A DNA stretch of 36,370 bases. Source: Perkinsus chesapeaki ATCC PRA-425. Lineage: Eukaryota; Protista; Perkinsozoa. The first letter of the stretch is position 1, and the number at the start of each line of letters is the position of its first letter. Below, piece by piece: positions 34,842 to 36,370 of this stretch. The DNA lies in NCBI GenBank assembly GCA_013115145.1, contig JAAPAO010000362.1, positions 1 to 36,370 of the forward strand, given 5' to 3'. The translations under genes were made by a program, and so were the position numbers. A model generated the notes under the pieces. That model was not told the origin of the DNA, ran no database searches, and saw nothing but the letters and a program-made list of their open reading frames with translations.

Positions 34842-35387
34842 GCGTCGCGTGCGTCGTGCGTACAGTGTTTCTTTTCCAGCAGAACCTAAGGTTCTAAATC
34901 TAACGAATACATCTACAACTCCTTATCGGACTAAGATAATCTGAACATCATTGGAGAAAGATAAAAAGTGCATGCGTTACGATCATCATGAGATATGAGC
35001 GAAGCGATATTTACAAATCGTAATTTACAGTATATTAGGATGTTAGTAACAACATAATAAATTGGAAAGTACAACTTGTTACAGATTTTCCAGAGCTGAA
35101 CTTGCGCCCCAAGGCATCAGTTTCAGCGGGGAATTCTGCATAAAGCGCATAGGACTGCCGCCAGCGAGCTTTCGGTCTTATTCGTGAAAGAATTCCCAGT
35201 GAGCGGCCGAATGACCAGCAGTCATTACAGACTGGTCACCTAAGGGACGAAGAATCTTCGTCGAAGATTCCTCTTGCGGAAATTTGCGTCAATCTGTCAG
35301 AGTAATGACCCAATGGAAGCCCTGGAGGGCATTCTCGAAACAGATATATCCTCTACATACCTCGTCAGTCCCGATACCTTCAGCAGT

Positions 35388-35438
35388 CGGTTATGTAGCT
35401 CAGTGGTTAGAAGTTCTAACCACTGAGCTACATAACCG
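35388..35438. repeat. Perfect 25-bp inverted repeat with 1-nt spacer, built from a tRNA-Ile 5' half
   Basis: CGGTTATGTAGCTCAGTGGTTAGAA-G-TTCTAACCACTGAGCTACATAACCG. Confidence 0.97.
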
Positions 35439-35523
35439 TTCTAACTTAGAACGATGCGGTTGTGGAGGTCAAATTTGAAGCCACTAAGCTCAACCTCTGT
35501 AGGCTCGAATCCTGCAGCTATCA
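35389..35523 (+). pseudogene. Degenerate chimeric tRNA-Ile/tRNA-Ser element (copy 1) disrupted by a fold-back duplication
   Basis: After the inverted insert, TTAGAACGATGCGGTTGTGGAGGTCAAATTTGAAGCCACTAAGCTCAACCTCTGTAGGCTCGAATCCTGCAGCTATCA is colinear and equal in length with chimera copies 2 and 3. Confidence 0.75.
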
Positions 35524-35593
35524 AGTAGTACGAGATTTGGTTCTTTTAGGAAATCGTCGACCCAAAGCAGGATCTAGCCGTATTGCAAACTCA

Positions 35594-35601
35594 GACAGCG
35601 T
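35594..35601 (+). pseudogene. Stub of a deleted tRNA-Ser(CGA)
   Basis: AAACTCA-GACAGCGT matches the flank and first 8 nt of the intact Ser gene at 35831-35845, and is joined directly to the downstream spacer. Confidence 0.7.
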
Positions 35602-35671
35602 TAGTACGTGACTTGATTCTTTCAGGATATTATCGAGCAATACCAGAATCTGTCAGGTAGGAGCGGTGGTT

Positions 35672-35767
35672 GGTCCTGTAGCTCAGTGGTTAGAGCGATG
35701 GGGCTGAGAAGGTGAAATCGAAATCCACTAGGCTCAGCCTGCGCAGGTTCGATTCCTGCTGCCGTCG
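35672..35767 (+). ncRNA. Chimeric tRNA-like element, copy 2 (Ile 5' 30 nt + GGCTGAGAAG + Ser anticodon/variable/T arms)
   Basis: A-box TAGCTCAGTGG and B-box GGTTCGATTCC are intact. The 5' GGTCCTG cannot pair with the 3' TGCCGTC. 96 nt. Confidence 0.75.
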
Positions 35768-35837
35768 CTTAGTACGGAATTTGACTCTTTGACGAACTTA
35801 TCGGCCAAAAGCAGGATCAAACCGTTTCATAAACTCA

Positions 35838-35919
35838 GACAGCGTGTCCGAGTGGTTAAGGAGGTGGACTCGAAATCCACTAGGCTCAGCCTGCGCAGGT
35901 TCGAATCCTGCCGCTGTCG
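35838..35919 (+). tRNA. tRNA-Ser(CGA)
   Basis: Acceptor GACAGCG/CGCTGTC, anticodon stem GTGGA/TCCAC, loop CT-CGA-AA, long variable arm AGGC-TCA-GCCT, T-arm GCAGG-TTCGAAT-CCTGC, discriminator G. 82 nt. Confidence 0.97.
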
Positions 35920-35991
35920 ATAATTACGTGACTTAATTCTTTCAGGATATTATCGAGCAATACCAGAATCTGTCAGGTAGGAGTGGCGGTT

Positions 35992-36064
35992 GGTCCTGTA
36001 GCTCAGTGGTTAGAGCGATGGTCTTATGAGCCATAGGTCGTGAGTTCGACCCTCGCCAGGACTA
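35992..36064 (+). tRNA. tRNA-Ile(TAT), intronless
   Basis: Acceptor GGTCCTG/CAGGACT, D-stem GCTC/GAGC, anticodon stem ATGGT/GCCAT, loop CT-TAT-GA, T-arm GTGAG-TTCGACC-CTCGC, discriminator A. 73 nt. Confidence 0.95.
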
Positions 36065-36132
36065 ACGTAACATTGTGCGTGACGTTCAATAGGGCATTTT
36101 ATACAAATTCGATCCCGATACGAGCGACAGTT

Positions 36133-36228
36133 GGTCCTGTAGCTAAATGGTTAGAGCGATGGGGCTGAGTAGGTGAAATCGAAATCCACTAGGCTCTGCC
36201 TGCGCAGGTTCGAATCCTGCCGCTGTCG
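36133..36228 (+). ncRNA. Chimeric tRNA-like element, copy 3
   Basis: Same 96-nt architecture and junction as copy 2 (GATGG|GGCTGAGTAGGTGAAATCGAAATCCAC). B-box GGTTCGAATCC, Ser-type 3' end CGCTGTCG. Confidence 0.75.
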
Positions 36229-36300
36229 ACTAGTACGTGACGTAATTCTTTCAGTAGATTATCGAGCAAAACCAGAATCTGTCAGGTAGGAACGACGGTC

Positions 36301-36370
36301 GGTCCTGTAGCTCAGTGGTTAGGGCGATGATCTTATGAGCCATAGGTCGTGAGTTCGACCCTCGCCGGGA
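36301..36370 (+). tRNA. tRNA-Ile(TAT), second copy, truncated by window end; has 3 substitutions including an A-C mismatch in the anticodon stem
   Basis: Near-identical to 35992-36061. Confidence 0.85.

Larger units (their letters stand above)
35523..36300 (+). repeat. Homologous ~70-nt spacers of the tRNA array (35601-35671, 35920-35991, 36229-36300; more diverged 35524-35593, 35768-35837)
   Basis: Shared core TAGTACG...TTCTTT...TTATCGAGCAA(T/A)ACCAGAATCTGTCAGGTAGGA, each following a Ser-type 3' end or the Ser stub. Confidence 0.9.

Noticed and set aside
34815-34860. Helitron 3' terminal hairpin
   Set aside because: There is no CTRR terminus at the expected distance and no Rep/helicase remnants.
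68-35478. Most short ORFs in the supplied six-frame track (e.g. 634-1014, 4111-4398, 7688-8056, 9565-9945, 14588-14914, 27274-27798, 35284-35478)
   Set aside because: They are antisense or alternative-frame shadows of identified exons, intron-spanning fragments, or overlap tRNA-derived DNA, and show no motifs.
35672-35767. Chimera as tRNA-Sec or suppressor tRNA (long, with big variable arm)
   Set aside because: It has no UCA/CUA/UUA anticodon in a proper 7-nt loop, and the canonical acceptor stem does not pair.
35523-36370. Regular repeat/spacer periodicity suggesting a CRISPR array
   Set aside because: The repeats are tRNA genes, the spacers are homologous to each other, the context is eukaryotic and there are no cas genes.

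Overview
Compact, intron-rich eukaryotic DNA with short GT-AG introns (mostly ~30-60 nt). It is most likely a myzozoan alveolate of the Perkinsus type; this is inferred from intron style, an apicomplexan-like QCR8 and a flagellar central-pair gene, not proven. Positions 1-3005 hold the right part of a PIF/Harbinger DNA transposon: a Myb/SANT-like gene with one in-frame TAA, a DDE transposase with one 1-nt frameshift, and repetitive subterminal DNA. Positions ~3800-26800 are a nearly all minus-strand block: CFAP119-like, hypotheticals, NOG2, an uncharacterised CPGRY-motif ORF, V-ATPase c'', ABCD transporter, ribophorin I, DDX51 and LSm7. Only QCR8 is on the plus strand there. After a 193-bp divergent junction the genes run on the plus strand (asparagine synthetase, SRP72, Vps51-like). 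The window ends inside a tandem tRNA array of Ser-CGA and Ile-TAT genes with ~70-nt homologous spacers. The array carries three copies of a chimeric Ile/Ser tRNA-like element, a perfect 25-bp fold-back duplication and a clean tRNA deletion. The array and its chimeric units are the most unusual feature. Gene boundaries were assembled by eye from exons and are approximate where stated.
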